The notes beneath the pieces are model-generated. The model was not told the origin of the DNA, did no database searches, and saw only the letters and a list, made by a program, of their open reading frames with translations. Source: Gemmatimonadota bacterium (GTDB taxonomy: Bacteria > Gemmatimonadota > Gemmatimonadetes > Gemmatimonadales > GWC2-71-9). From it: a stretch of 37,684 nt of DNA. The translations under genes were made by a program, and so were the position numbers. The DNA is taken from NCBI GenBank assembly GCA_039588295.1, contig JBDHAB010000031.1, forward strand, positions 1 through 37,684, read 5' to 3'. This document shows positions 1 through 11,938 of this stretch, piece after piece (the first letter of the stretch is position 1; each line of letters starts with the position of its first letter).

Positions 1-698
1 GACGGTACCCTTGGTATCGCCCGCCAGCTCCACCTTCTGCACGTCGGGATATTCTACGAAGCGCTGCATCACGCGTTCCGGCGCGGTGGCGATCGCCAGA
101 AGATCGATGTCGCCGACCGTTTCGCGCCGGCGGCGGTAGCTCCCCGCCACCTCGAGTCGCTCGACGGCCTCGTCTTCTTGGAGATACTCGACGAGCGGCT
201 CCACGTACTGATCGGCTTCGGAGAGCTTGAACCGCCCGACGATGCGGCGGCGGCGCGCGATGGCACTCAAGATTTTCTGCTCCGTCTTGACGCCGAAGCC
301 ACCGAGCCCCGCCACCTGCCCTTCCTTGGCCACCCGCTCCAGGTCGTCGACGGTCGTGACATTCAGTTCCTGCCACAGCTTCTTGACCCGCTTGGGGCCC
401 ACGCCCGGTAACCGGGTGATCTCGACCAACGAGTACGGCACTTCTCTGGTCAAGTCCTCGAACATGCCGAGCTTGCCGGTCTCGACCAGCTCGGTGATGT
501 ACCGGGCCATGTCCTTGCCGATGCTTGGGAGCGCGGTCAGGTCCGCGCCGTCCGCCACGAGCTTCTTGAGTGGGGTCGATTGTTCCTCGACCGTGCGGGC
601 GGCGTTCTCGTAGGCACGGATGCGGAACGGATTGGCCCCTTGGATCTGAAGCAGCGTGGCGACGTCGTCCAGCACGTACGCGATGTCGACGTTCTCCA

Positions 699-699
<1 letters not shown>
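1..699 (-). CDS. polX: DNA polymerase X family protein (PolX, probably PHP-fused); N-terminal part, runs off the left edge
   Basis: Not in the ORF track. Manual translation from GTG at 699 gives MENVDIAYVLDDVATLLQIQGANPFRIRAYENAARTV..., later GSYRRRRETVGDIDLL (PolX motifs NPFRxRAY and GSxRR...GDxD). The start overlaps the ligA stop (TAGTG). Confidence 0.9.
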
Positions 700-2812
<2,113 letters not shown>

Positions 2813-3977
2813 CGCTCATTGCCAGAGCTACTCCGACAATTGCCGCCAACCCGGCGCTCACAAAGAACGCCCCGTTCAAGCCGATCAATCCGTACGCCGT
2901 GCCGGCGAAGACGGGCCCCAGCGTCTGGCCCAGTCGGAGCAGCATGCCGTTCACCGACATGAACACCGCGCGGTATTCCGCGGGCGCGGCACCGGAAACT
3001 AGCGCCAGGATGCTCGGGATGTTGATGCCGTTGGCCGCGCCGAAGACCATCACCAGCAGCACGACCAGCCAGAGCGAGGACGCGAAGGGAATCGCGGCCA
3101 GCGTGAGCACGTAGAGTACAAATCCCATCCTGATTAGCCGGTACTCGCCGTGCCTTTTCGCCAGCCAGCCCAGCCTGAACGACGTGACCGAGGTCGTGAG
3201 CGACGCGGCCGCGAACACCAGGCCGATCCCAAGTGGAGTCGCGGTGAAGCGGTCCTCGAGCACGAACGGGAGGTATGAGAGATACGCGCCGTAGATCAGG
3301 ACGAAGGTGACGACGCCCGCGACGAACATCATCACCAGCTCTCCGCGGCGCATCAGCTTCCACGCATTCCGCAGGTATTGGCCGAGCTGCGTTTGGACCA
3401 TAGGCTCGGGATTCCGCAGCACCAAGAGCACGACGAGACCCACGGGTACCGCGAGGATCGGGAGGAAGAACGGCGCGTACCAGGCGAGCATCGCGAGCGC
3501 CCCGCCGATGGCCGGGTAGACCGCGGTCCCCACGCTCAGTACCGCGGCGTTGTAGCCCATCGCGGCGGTCCGCCGGTGGCCGTCGAACAGATCGCCGATC
3601 AGCGTGATGTTGATCGCGCCCAGCGCCGCGCCACCGATGCCCTGCAGCAGGCGCAGCGCTACCAGTAGCTCGAAGTCGCGCGCGAAGCCGCACAGGAACC
3701 CGGCGATGCCGAAGACAAGGAGCGACGGGACGAGTATGATCTTGCGCCCAAACCGGTCGGCCATGACGCCGAGCATCGGGGCCAGGATCACGCCAGGCAG
3801 GGTGAACGCCGAGATCAGGATGCCAACCGCTTGCGGCGTGATGGAAAGAGCTTGAACGATGCGCGGAAATGCCGGCGTCACGCTCGCGACCCCCAGCATG
3901 GCCATCAGCGTGACGCCGAACACCACGCGGAGGTTGGGATCGAAGAACAGGGGGCGTTGGGGTGGGTGTTGAGTCAT

Positions 3978-4087
3978 GAAGAAGAAAGAGAGAAGGGGAG
4001 AAGGGGAGAAGGGAGAAGGGAGAAGAGAAGGCCTCGCTCCCAGACCTTGTCCCTTATCCCCTATCGCTTATCCCCTCTCGCTATTCA
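3978..4087. repeat. Purine run + heptamer tandem repeat element (right copy)
   Basis: 54-nt purine-only run (3978-4031, AGAAGGG(G) units), then CCTCGCTCCCAGACC, then cccttat cccctat cgcttat cccctct cgctatt. Confidence 0.8.
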
Positions 4088-5253
4088 CCTGAAACCACCC
4101 GATACACCATGCCATTCTGCGACGTCACATACAGCTCCCCGTTCGCGCCCTCGCCGAACGACAGCACGTTGCCGATGTCGCCCACCTGCCACTCCGTGTG
4201 CTCGGAGATCTCACCGTTCGCGTAGCGGAAGCTGCGCAACCATCCTCCGCACCAGTCCGAATAGAAGTAGTGTCCGACCACGTCCGGAATCTGTGCGCCC
4301 CGATAGACGTACCCGCCGATCACGGAGCACCCGTCTCCGTGGCCGTACTCGACAGCCGGCTCCACCAGCCCGGCGTCGTCGCACATCAGCGAGCGGAAGC
4401 AGTGCGCGCCTTCTTTGATGTTCCACCCGTAGTTGAGCCCCGCCTCGCCGGCCGGCGCAATGTTGATCTCCTCCCACGCGTTCTGACCGACGTCCGCGAT
4501 ATACAGCGCGTCGCCGACTGGGTCGAACGCAAAGCGCCACGGGTTTCGTAGGCCGTACGCCCAGATCTCGCCGCGTGCGCTGGCCTCCGCGGCGAACAGG
4601 TTGTCCGGTGGGATGGCGTAGGGATCGCCCCCATCGATGTCGAGGCGCAGCAGCGCACCGAGCAAGGTGCCGCGGTTCTGCCCGTTGTCTTGGGGGTCGT
4701 TGGCGCTGCCGCCGTCCCCCATGCCGATGTACAGCATCCCGTCCGGGCCGAACATCACCATCCCGCCGTTGTGGTTTCCGTAGGGCTGCTCGATGCTGAG
4801 AATGAGCTTCGCCGAGCCGGGATCCGCGAGATCGGGGTCACCGCTGACCGTGTAGCGCTCGATTTGGGTATCACCACTCCGGTCGGTGTAGTCGACGTAG
4901 AACAACCCGTTCGTCGCATAGTCGGGATGGAAGGCCAGGCCCAGGAGCCCGCGTTCCCCCCCCGCTCGCAGCTTGCTGGAGATGTCCAGGAACGGTGTGC
5001 CCGACCGCTGCCCGTCGCGCACGATCCAGACGCGTCCCGTCTGCTCGACCACGAAGAGCCGCGGGTCACCAGCGGGCGCGGCAGCGAACACGGGGCTGCT
5101 GAACCCTTGAGCCACGACCTCGACGGCAAGCCCACTGTCGAGCATCGGCTCGCCGATGTTGGTTCCACCGCTGGCACTGCCGCAACCCACCACGACCCAC
5201 CAAACGGCCAAGGCACCGGGCACTCCCCTTGGCACCCTCAACGATCCGTCCAT
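4081..5253 (-). CDS. PQQ-dependent sugar dehydrogenase (glucose/sorbosone dehydrogenase family), possible lipoprotein
   Basis: GERGLLGLAFHP, NHNGG, FGPDGMLY, GLRNPWR, ADVGQNAWEE and NYGW motifs. Start moved to ATG 5253, which has AGGAG upstream; hydrophobic N-terminus ending VVGC. Confidence 0.88.
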   Translation of the reverse strand: MDGSLRVPRGVPGALAVWWVVVGCGSASGGTNIGEPMLDSGLAVEVVAQGFSSPVFAAAPAGDPRLFVVEQTGRVWIVRDGQRSGTPFLDISSKLRAGGERGLLGLAFHPDYATNGLFYVDYTDRSGDTQIERYTVSGDPDLADPGSAKLILSIEQPYGNHNGGMVMFGPDGMLYIGMGDGGSANDPQDNGQNRGTLLGALLRLDIDGGDPYAIPPDNLFAAEASARGEIWAYGLRNPWRFAFDPVGDALYIADVGQNAWEEINIAPAGEAGLNYGWNIKEGAHCFRSLMCDDAGLVEPAVEYGHGDGCSVIGGYVYRGAQIPDVVGHYFYSDWCGGWLRSFRYANGEISEHTEWQVGDIGNVLSFGEGANGELYVTSQNGMVYRVVSGE

Positions 5254-5258
5254 CTCTC

Positions 5259-5543
5259 CTACCTCTCCAGCTTCACGCCTTTCCAGAACGCGACGTGGTC
5301 CTTGATCTGCTTGGCCGCGTCGTTCGGCGCCGGGTAGTACCATGCGGCGTTCTCGTTGCGTTCGCCGCCAACCTCGACGTGGTAGTAGCTCGCCAGACCC
5401 TTCCACGGGCAGCGCGATTGGTGATCGCTTTCTTTGAGAAACTCTCGCTTCACGGCCTGCGGCGGGAAATAGACGTTTCCTTCCACCTCTTCGCACGTGT
5501 CGCTCTCGGCGATGACCTCGCCGTTCCAGATCGCTTTCGGCAT
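5259..5543 (-). CDS. DUF427 domain protein
   Basis: 94 aa; WNGEVIAES, VEGNVYFP, CPWKGLASYY, AAWYYP, VAFW; GGAGG RBS. Confidence 0.9.
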   Translation of the reverse strand: MPKAIWNGEVIAESDTCEEVEGNVYFPPQAVKREFLKESDHQSRCPWKGLASYYHVEVGGERNENAAWYYPAPNDAAKQIKDHVAFWKGVKLER

Positions 5544-5559
5544 TGCTCCTCCACCCGGC

Positions 5560-6744
5560 TCAGCCGGAGTACGCGCTCATCCCGGTAATTGCCTCGCCAA
5601 GAACGAGCGTATGAATGTCATGCGTGCCTTCGTAGGTATACACGCTCTCGAGGTTGGCGAGGTGCCGCATGGCCTGATACTCGGCGAGGATCCCGCTCGC
5701 ACCCAACAGGCGTCGCGCCTCCCGCGCTACGTCGCACGCCATGTTCACGTTGTTACGCTTGGCGAGGGATACCTGTTCCGGTCGCATGGTCCCGCGATCC
5801 TTGATCCGGCCGAGTTGCACACAGAGGAGTTGTGCCTGCGTGATCGCCGTCAGCATCTCGGCGAGCCGTGCCTGCTGGATCTGGAATCCGCCGATGGGCC
5901 GATCGAACATCACGCGGCTCTTGGCGTAGCTCACGGATTCATCGTAGCACGCCATGGCCGACCCGACCGCGCCCCATGCAATCCCATAGCGTGCCTGGGT
6001 GAGGCACATCAGCGCGGGTCTCAGTCCCTTGGCGTCGGGCAGCAGGTAGTCCTTGGGGATCCGCACGTCCTCCAGCACCAGCTCGCTGGTGTCGCTCGCG
6101 CGGAGTGAGAGCTTGCCCGCCTGATCCTTGGCCGAGAAGCCCGGAAGGTCGGTCGGGACGATGAAGCCGCGGATGGACTTGGTATCGTCGAGCGCACCGG
6201 TCTTGGCCCAGATGATCGCGACGTCGGCCATCGAGCCGCTCGTGATCCACATCTTGGCACCGTTTAGCACCCATGCGTCGCCATCCTCGCGGGCGGTCGT
6301 GATGAGCCCTCCGGGGTTCGAGCCGAAGTCCGGCTCGGTGAGCCCGTAACAACCGATCAGTTGCCCACTCGCGAGCTTGGGCAGCCACTCTTGCCGCTGC
6401 TCCTCGCTGCCGAACGTGTAAATCGGATACATGACGAGCGAGCCCTGTACCGAGGCGAACGAGCGCACCCCACTGTCGCCGCGCTCCAGCTCCTGCATGA
6501 TGAGCCCGTACGCCACGTCATTCAGCTCGGCACATCCGTATTGCGCCGGCAGATTCGCGCCGAGCAGTCCAAGCTCCGCCATGGGCGCGATCAACTCGCT
6601 GGGAAATCGGCCTTCCAGGTAGCATTCGGCGATGATCGGCATGAGCGCGTCGTCCACCCAGCGGCGCACCGTATCGCGAACCGCCCGCTCCTCTTCGCTG
6701 AAGAGCGACTCCACCTCGTAGAAATCCAACGCCTCGAACGGCAT
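5560..6744 (-). CDS. Acyl-CoA dehydrogenase, glutaryl-CoA dehydrogenase-like
   Basis: 394 aa; ELERGDSGVRS, GCYGLTEPDFGS, KMWIT, ARYGIAWG, HLANLESVYTYEGTHDIH, typical of the GcdH subfamily. Confidence 0.85.
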   Translation of the reverse strand: MPFEALDFYEVESLFSEEERAVRDTVRRWVDDALMPIIAECYLEGRFPSELIAPMAELGLLGANLPAQYGCAELNDVAYGLIMQELERGDSGVRSFASVQGSLVMYPIYTFGSEEQRQEWLPKLASGQLIGCYGLTEPDFGSNPGGLITTAREDGDAWVLNGAKMWITSGSMADVAIIWAKTGALDDTKSIRGFIVPTDLPGFSAKDQAGKLSLRASDTSELVLEDVRIPKDYLLPDAKGLRPALMCLTQARYGIAWGAVGSAMACYDESVSYAKSRVMFDRPIGGFQIQQARLAEMLTAITQAQLLCVQLGRIKDRGTMRPEQVSLAKRNNVNMACDVAREARRLLGASGILAEYQAMRHLANLESVYTYEGTHDIHTLVLGEAITGMSAYSG

Positions 6745-6747
6745 GCG

Positions 6748-7464
6748 CTACACCTCCAAAGCCAGCAGATTCACCGCCACCACATCCCGCTCCGCGGTCG
6801 GAGCAATACCGAGTTCTTTTGCTTTCCGTCTAAACGTCTTGCCGTGATCCGGCTCCAGCCCGGACTCCACTTGCCACTGATGCACCATCTCGTGCAACAA
6901 CGTGTGCCGTACCTCGTCCCACCCATCCTGCTCGAGGTGACGCTGGCTGATGGCGATGTCGATAGCCTTGTTGCTCGCGATGTCCACCGTCAGCTCCCCG
7001 AGCCGCGTCTCCATTCGCCGGGACAGCCGAAACGCAATGGACGACAACGAGTCACCGAAGTACTGCCGGTTGAGCTCGCGGTGCAGGCGTCCGAGTTCGG
7101 CCAGGATACGGATCTCGCCCCGGTTGCGCTCGCGGCGCCGGCGGGGACGCGCGCGCTGCGGAACGAACACCTCCACCGGGAACTCGGTGATCGCCTGCAG
7201 CGCCTCCTCCGCCTCGCCGCCCGCCACCCCGGGGCCCACATACGTCACCACGGCCCGGAGGATGGCGTCCGACGCGTACGCGTAGCCGCGATGGATTCGC
7301 AGGATCCCGCGATCGGTCACCCTGACCATCACCGTCCGGTTCTGATGGACGTGGATCCCCTCGACTCCGTGGAGTCCGAGCCGCCTGAGACGCGCGATGA
7401 GGAGCGCCTCGTCGGCGAGCCAGGCCTGCCGCTCAGCCCACGCTCGCCGCGACTTCCGCTTCAT
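6748..7464 (-). CDS. SprT-like zinc metalloprotease domain protein
   Basis: TLLHEMVH (HExxH) plus downstream DHGKTF, and SRRMETRLG. Start taken at ATG 7464 (MKRKSRR), which overlaps the upstream gene. Confidence 0.82.
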   Translation of the reverse strand: MKRKSRRAWAERQAWLADEALLIARLRRLGLHGVEGIHVHQNRTVMVRVTDRGILRIHRGYAYASDAILRAVVTYVGPGVAGGEAEEALQAITEFPVEVFVPQRARPRRRRERNRGEIRILAELGRLHRELNRQYFGDSLSSIAFRLSRRMETRLGELTVDIASNKAIDIAISQRHLEQDGWDEVRHTLLHEMVHQWQVESGLEPDHGKTFRRKAKELGIAPTAERDVVAVNLLALEV

Positions 7465-8290
7465 GCGTCCGAATGGGTCGGGGAAACGTGGAGACGTCCG
7501 ATCGCTTGAACAGCGCCTTGGAAGATTCCCACCGGTAGAACTCCACGTGAATGGCGTCCTCCTCCACCGTGATCCGGTTGAAGACCGATGGTTTACCGCC
7601 CCGCGACCGGGTCGAGAGCGTGCCGGCGCACGAAACGACGACCCGATCGTGCAGGATGTCGGCCTGCTCCTGGTGATCGTGGCCACACAGAATCAGGTCG
7701 GCACCCGATTCCACGATGCGCCGCTGGGCCTGCTTCCACCGGGCAAGACCCATCCGCTGCGAGATCTCGCCGCGTGTCACGTTGTGGTGGAGCGCCAACA
7801 CGCGCAGCTGGCCCGGGTCGGCCTCCTCGAACGTCTGCTTGGCACGCAGGAGTTGCTTCTTGGGCAAGTGCCCTTTGACTGCCAGATCGCGCAGGTTGAA
7901 GGTTAGCGATCCCCACGCAATGCCGTGTGACGTCAGGGCGCTGGCAATCACCGCTTCCGGAAACGTGACCGTGGGTGCCAGGACGGGACCGAAGTATCGG
8001 GAGTATTTGCGGTACTTCACCTGCGGCGCAAACGGGAGCAACGGCCGCCACCACCACCGGACGTCGTGATTTCCCGGGATCACCATCACCGGCGCCGCTG
8101 CCTCCAGCCGCTGCACGAACGCGCGAGCCCCCTGAAACTCGCCGTGCCGGGACCGTTGCGACAGATCGCCGGTGAGCACGATGACCCGCGGATCGAGATC
8201 CGGCACCAGTTCCTCGACGGCCTGGACCTGCTTGAGGTCGGCCACGCCGCCGAAGTGCACGTCGGAGAGATGTACGATCCGAAAGGTCAC
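7433..8290 (-). CDS. Calcineurin-like metallophosphoesterase (Icc/CpdA-like)
   Basis: HLSDVHFG, TGDLS, PGNHD, LHHN and GHDH motifs. Confidence 0.9.
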   Translation of the reverse strand: MTFRIVHLSDVHFGGVADLKQVQAVEELVPDLDPRVIVLTGDLSQRSRHGEFQGARAFVQRLEAAAPVMVIPGNHDVRWWWRPLLPFAPQVKYRKYSRYFGPVLAPTVTFPEAVIASALTSHGIAWGSLTFNLRDLAVKGHLPKKQLLRAKQTFEEADPGQLRVLALHHNVTRGEISQRMGLARWKQAQRRIVESGADLILCGHDHQEQADILHDRVVVSCAGTLSTRSRGGKPSVFNRITVEEDAIHVEFYRWESSKALFKRSDVSTFPRPIRTHEAEVAASVG

Positions 8291-8303
8291 ATCACACCAT
8301 ACC

Positions 8304-8573
8304 CTAGCGCAGGAACTCCCGAAGTATGCGCCTCACCACCAGGTTGGTCAGTATGTACCAGAGCGCGACCGACACGCCGCTCACGATGCGTGCGGTCGGG
8401 TCCTCGGGTACGCGCAATAGAACATACACCCCCAACCCCATCGTCGACGCCAGCGCGACGAGCCGTGCGATCCGGCCCGCTCGACGGTCGATCGACTGGC
8501 GACACGTACCGCAGATCTCACCGAGCGGCAGGTCGACCGGTCGATGACACCGCGGGCACTCGTGCTCAACCAA
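8304..8573 (-). CDS. Small membrane protein with N-terminal CxxC...CxxC zinc ribbon (hypothetical)
   Basis: CPRC-x10-CGTC followed by two hydrophobic helices. It fills the gap between two co-oriented genes. The start is uncertain (TTG 8573, overlapping the upstream stop). Confidence 0.6.
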   Translation of the reverse strand: MVEHECPRCHRPVDLPLGEICGTCRQSIDRRAGRIARLVALASTMGLGVYVLLRVPEDPTARIVSGVSVALWYILTNLVVRRILREFLR

Positions 8574-9579
8574 GCCGCCGAAGAATGGCGTCTGTGAATT
8601 CCCCTGTCGAAGCATTCCCTTGCAAGTCGCGTGTGCGGACGCTGCCCTCGCTGAGCGTCGCTTCCAGTGACTGCCGGATACGCTGTGCCGCCTCGCACTC
8701 GTCGAGATGATCGAGCATCAAACAGGCCGCGAGCATCAACGCCGAAGGGTTCGCAATCTTCTGGCCCGCGATGTCAGGCGCCGAGCCGTGCACCGCCTCG
8801 AACAGCGCCACCCGCTCTCCGATGTTCGCCCCCGGAGCGAGCCCAAGCCCACCGATCAGGCCGGCGATTTGATCGCTCAAGATGTCCCCGAACATGTTGG
8901 TCGTGACGATCACATCGAACGCATACGGATTCAGCACCAGCTTCATCGCCGCGGCGTCGATGATCACGTCGTCGACCTCGACACGACCCGCGTAGTGTTC
9001 CGATACCTCACGCCCGACGTCGAGAAACAACCCGCTCGACGCCTTGAGGATGTTCGCCTTGTGACAGATCGTGACCTTGCGGCGGCCGTTGCGCACCGCG
9101 TACTCGAACGCGAACCGCATGATCCGCTCGCAGCCGGCTCGGGTGACGATCGCCGTGGACTGGGCCACCGCTCTCGGGTCGCCCGCGACGGGAATCGTCG
9201 TCTCGAACCCGACGTACAACCCTTCGGTGTTCTCCCGTACGAGCACGAGATCGATGTCCTCGTAGCGTCCCCCCGGGACGATCGTTCTGGCGGGGCGGAC
9301 GTTGGCGTACAGGTCGAACTCCCGCCGGAGCGCCACGTTGACCGAGCGGAATCCGGTCCCGACCGGTGTGGTGAGCGGACCTTTGAGCGCCACACCCGTG
9401 TGGCGGATGCTCTCGATCGTGGCGTCGGGCAGCGGGGTGCCGATCTCCTCGAGTGCCCCGACCCCACCCAACTGGTGGTCCCAGTCAATCTCCACGCCCG
9501 TGGCTTGCAGCACGCGCAGCGTCGCTTTGGTGATCTCGGGCCCGATCCCGTCTCCGGGAATGAGCGTGACCTGATGCAC
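8566..9579 (-). CDS. Isocitrate/isopropylmalate dehydrogenase family protein (NAD-dependent IDH-like)
   Basis: IPGDGIGPEI, KGPLTTPVG, RENTEGLY, HKANILK, NMFGDILSD, FEAVHGSAPDIAG. Confidence 0.92.
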   Translation of the reverse strand: MHQVTLIPGDGIGPEITKATLRVLQATGVEIDWDHQLGGVGALEEIGTPLPDATIESIRHTGVALKGPLTTPVGTGFRSVNVALRREFDLYANVRPARTIVPGGRYEDIDLVLVRENTEGLYVGFETTIPVAGDPRAVAQSTAIVTRAGCERIMRFAFEYAVRNGRRKVTICHKANILKASSGLFLDVGREVSEHYAGRVEVDDVIIDAAAMKLVLNPYAFDVIVTTNMFGDILSDQIAGLIGGLGLAPGANIGERVALFEAVHGSAPDIAGQKIANPSALMLAACLMLDHLDECEAAQRIRQSLEATLSEGSVRTRDLQGNASTGEFTDAILRRLG

Positions 9580-9580
9580 G

Positions 9581-10213
9581 CTAGGGCAGGTCCGGTACGA
9601 GCGTTTTCAGCGCCTCCCAGAGTGCCGACCAGGGGCCGTCGCCCGTCCCGCGCGCGACAGAGCGCCACCCGACCCTGCCGAACCGCACGTCGGCCAGGAC
9701 CATGTGCAGCAACGCCTCGCCCTGGCCATCGACGCTGCGCGAGAATACGAGTGCCGCAGGAACGGCCGCATAGCGATCGCCCGCCACCGCGGTGAGACTC
9801 CGCATCTGGGAGCGCAACGGATCGGGAACGACCTCGAGCTTCTCGGCGCGGAGGATCGCAGTACCCATGCGGTCGGGATTGGTGAGCACGCCCGGCGCGC
9901 GTCGAGCGGCGGCCCGCAGCTCCGCAGGCAGCACCCATTCCACCTCGGGTGCCCGCTCGGTGAGGAATCGCCCGATCAGGCTGTCCGCCATCCGGATCGC
10001 CTCGGCCCGCGTCCCGACGAGCGAGTCCCAGCCGAGCGTCGCGTCGGCGACGACGAGCGTCACCGGATACAGGGAGACCTTACGGCCTGCAATGCCCGCC
10101 GTGGGAAGCGGTGCCGGTACCGGTGGGACGTCGTTTTCGGACTTGGAGCCGGAGCACGCACCGAGCCCCACGATGATGGCGCAGCTCGCGCCGAGGATCA
10201 GGCGTCGCGCCAT
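9581..10213 (-). CDS. Hypothetical lipoprotein
   Basis: From ATG 10213: MARRLILGASCAIIVGLGAC-SG (basic N-terminus, h-region, LGAC lipobox); coupled to neighbours on both sides. Confidence 0.65.
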   Translation of the reverse strand: MARRLILGASCAIIVGLGACSGSKSENDVPPVPAPLPTAGIAGRKVSLYPVTLVVADATLGWDSLVGTRAEAIRMADSLIGRFLTERAPEVEWVLPAELRAAARRAPGVLTNPDRMGTAILRAEKLEVVPDPLRSQMRSLTAVAGDRYAAVPAALVFSRSVDGQGEALLHMVLADVRFGRVGWRSVARGTGDGPWSALWEALKTLVPDLP

Positions 10214-10965
10214 TCGGGTATCCGCTTCTCGAGGAACGCCTCGATGCCCTCCTGGGCATCCGAGAGCGCCATCAACTCTCGCAGGTAGAGGTTTTCGGCC
10301 TTGTACAGCGCTTCCTCGTACCCGGCGTAATAGGACTCGGTCTGGGCCCGCTTCGCGAGCGACAGCACTGGCCCCGACTTGCTCGTGAGTTGCGCGACGA
10401 ATCCCGTGAGACCCCGGTCGAAGTCCGCGTCGGCGTACACCCGGTTTACCAACCCGTACGCGCGCAACTCCTGGGCGGTGATCTCCTCTCCGGTCAGGAT
10501 CCACTCCATGGCCTTGCGCCGGGGTGCCGCCCGCGGCAGCACCACGCAGGCCAGGGGTGGAAACAGACCCAGATTGATCTCGGGCAGGCTGAACTGAGCC
10601 GACTCGGAGGCGATCACCAGGTTGCAGCCGATCGCGAGCTCGAATCCAGCACCCTGTGCGATCCCATCCACCGCCGCGACGGCGATGACATCCAGCATGC
10701 GGATCGATTCGAAGACGCGGTGGAAGACCTGAATGAGGCGGTGCGTCTTCTCCTTGGTGTGGTCGGCGATGTCGATTCCGCCGCAGAACGCATCGCCGGT
10801 GCCACGGATCAACAGCACCTTGATTGCGCGATTCCCGCGAAGCTCCAGGAGCGCCGCGTTCATCTGCTCCAGCATTTCGATGTTCATCACGTTGAGCGGG
10901 GGACGGTCGAGCGACAGGGTCGCCACACCCCCGTCGTAGGTCAGCTCAACGAATCGGTCAGCCAC
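10198..10965 (-). CDS. Enoyl-CoA hydratase/isomerase, cyclohexa-1,5-dienecarbonyl-CoA hydratase (Dch)-like
   Basis: Crotonase motifs (AFCGGID, GAGFELA, LPEINLGLFP); C-terminus ENLYLRELMALSDAQEGIEAFLEKR resembles the Dch subfamily; GTG 10965 with AGGAGG upstream. Confidence 0.8.
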   Translation of the reverse strand: MADRFVELTYDGGVATLSLDRPPLNVMNIEMLEQMNAALLELRGNRAIKVLLIRGTGDAFCGGIDIADHTKEKTHRLIQVFHRVFESIRMLDVIAVAAVDGIAQGAGFELAIGCNLVIASESAQFSLPEINLGLFPPLACVVLPRAAPRRKAMEWILTGEEITAQELRAYGLVNRVYADADFDRGLTGFVAQLTSKSGPVLSLAKRAQTESYYAGYEEALYKAENLYLRELMALSDAQEGIEAFLEKRIPEWRDA

Positions 10966-11010
10966 ATGCCCCTCCTGCACGGGTTCGGCACCGGCGGGCC
11001 ACTGCCGGGA

Positions 11011-11766
11011 CTAGTGGAACGTGAGTCCACCGTCCACAAAGATAACCTGACCCGTGATGTGCCGAGCCTCGTCCGAGCAGAGAAACACCACCACGAAGGC
11101 GACGTCCTCCGGCTCGGCAATGCGGCCCAATACCGATTCACGCTCCGCGTCCTGAAGAACCTCGGGTGGCAGGGCTCCAATCAGCTCGGTCCGTACGAAC
11201 CCGGGGGCGACGGCATTGACGTTGACGTTATACGGACCCAGCTCCACCGCGGCCGATTTGGTGAGTCCCACGACCGCCGCCTTGCTCGCCGCGTAGTTCG
11301 AGAGGCCGAACCCCGGGCGAAACGCCTGGTGGGAAGCGATGCTCACGACCTTGCCGTAGCGCTGGTTCCGGAAGTACGGCACCACGGCCCGCAGGGCGTT
11401 GAAGCACCCGGTGATGTTCGTGTCCACAACCTCCGCCCACGCGTCGGCTGAGAGTCGCCAGATCGCTCCGTCGTGATGAATGCCCGCGTTGTTCACGAGA
11501 TAGTGCACGCCGCCGAGCTCGGTGTTGGCATCCGCGACGAACCGCTCGACCGCGCCCCGGTCGCGCACGTCGCAATAGGCGCTGTAGACCTCGACGCCGT
11601 AGCCTCGCAACGCCGTCTCGGTCATGAGCGCCTGGGTGGACACGTCTCGATCAAGAAGCTCGATGTAGTTGAACGCGACGTTCACACCGCGGCGCGCGAA
11701 CTCCAGGGCGATCGCCCGCCCCATCCCGGTTGCCCCGCCGGTGACGACGGCGGTCTGCCCACGCAT
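11011..11766 (-). CDS. SDR family oxidoreductase (FabG-like)
   Basis: TGGATGMG, NNAGI, YAASK, NAVAPG, ITGQVIFVDGG. The start could extend to TTG 11850. Confidence 0.9.
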   Translation of the reverse strand: MRGQTAVVTGGATGMGRAIALEFARRGVNVAFNYIELLDRDVSTQALMTETALRGYGVEVYSAYCDVRDRGAVERFVADANTELGGVHYLVNNAGIHHDGAIWRLSADAWAEVVDTNITGCFNALRAVVPYFRNQRYGKVVSIASHQAFRPGFGLSNYAASKAAVVGLTKSAAVELGPYNVNVNAVAPGFVRTELIGALPPEVLQDAERESVLGRIAEPEDVAFVVVFLCSDEARHITGQVIFVDGGLTFH

Positions 11767-11938
11767 CTCTCGCCGCTCGACCTTCTCCGCTTGCGGCTGC
11801 TCGACCAGGCTCGGCCCGGACGGTCGATTCCGCCGGCCGCTGAACTCCAATGGATCGGGTGGTTCGTACGGTATAGCTCACCCCACCGTGGGAGGGACCT
11901 CGAACGTACGGCGCGAGCGGCGCGCCTGCAATGCCCCG

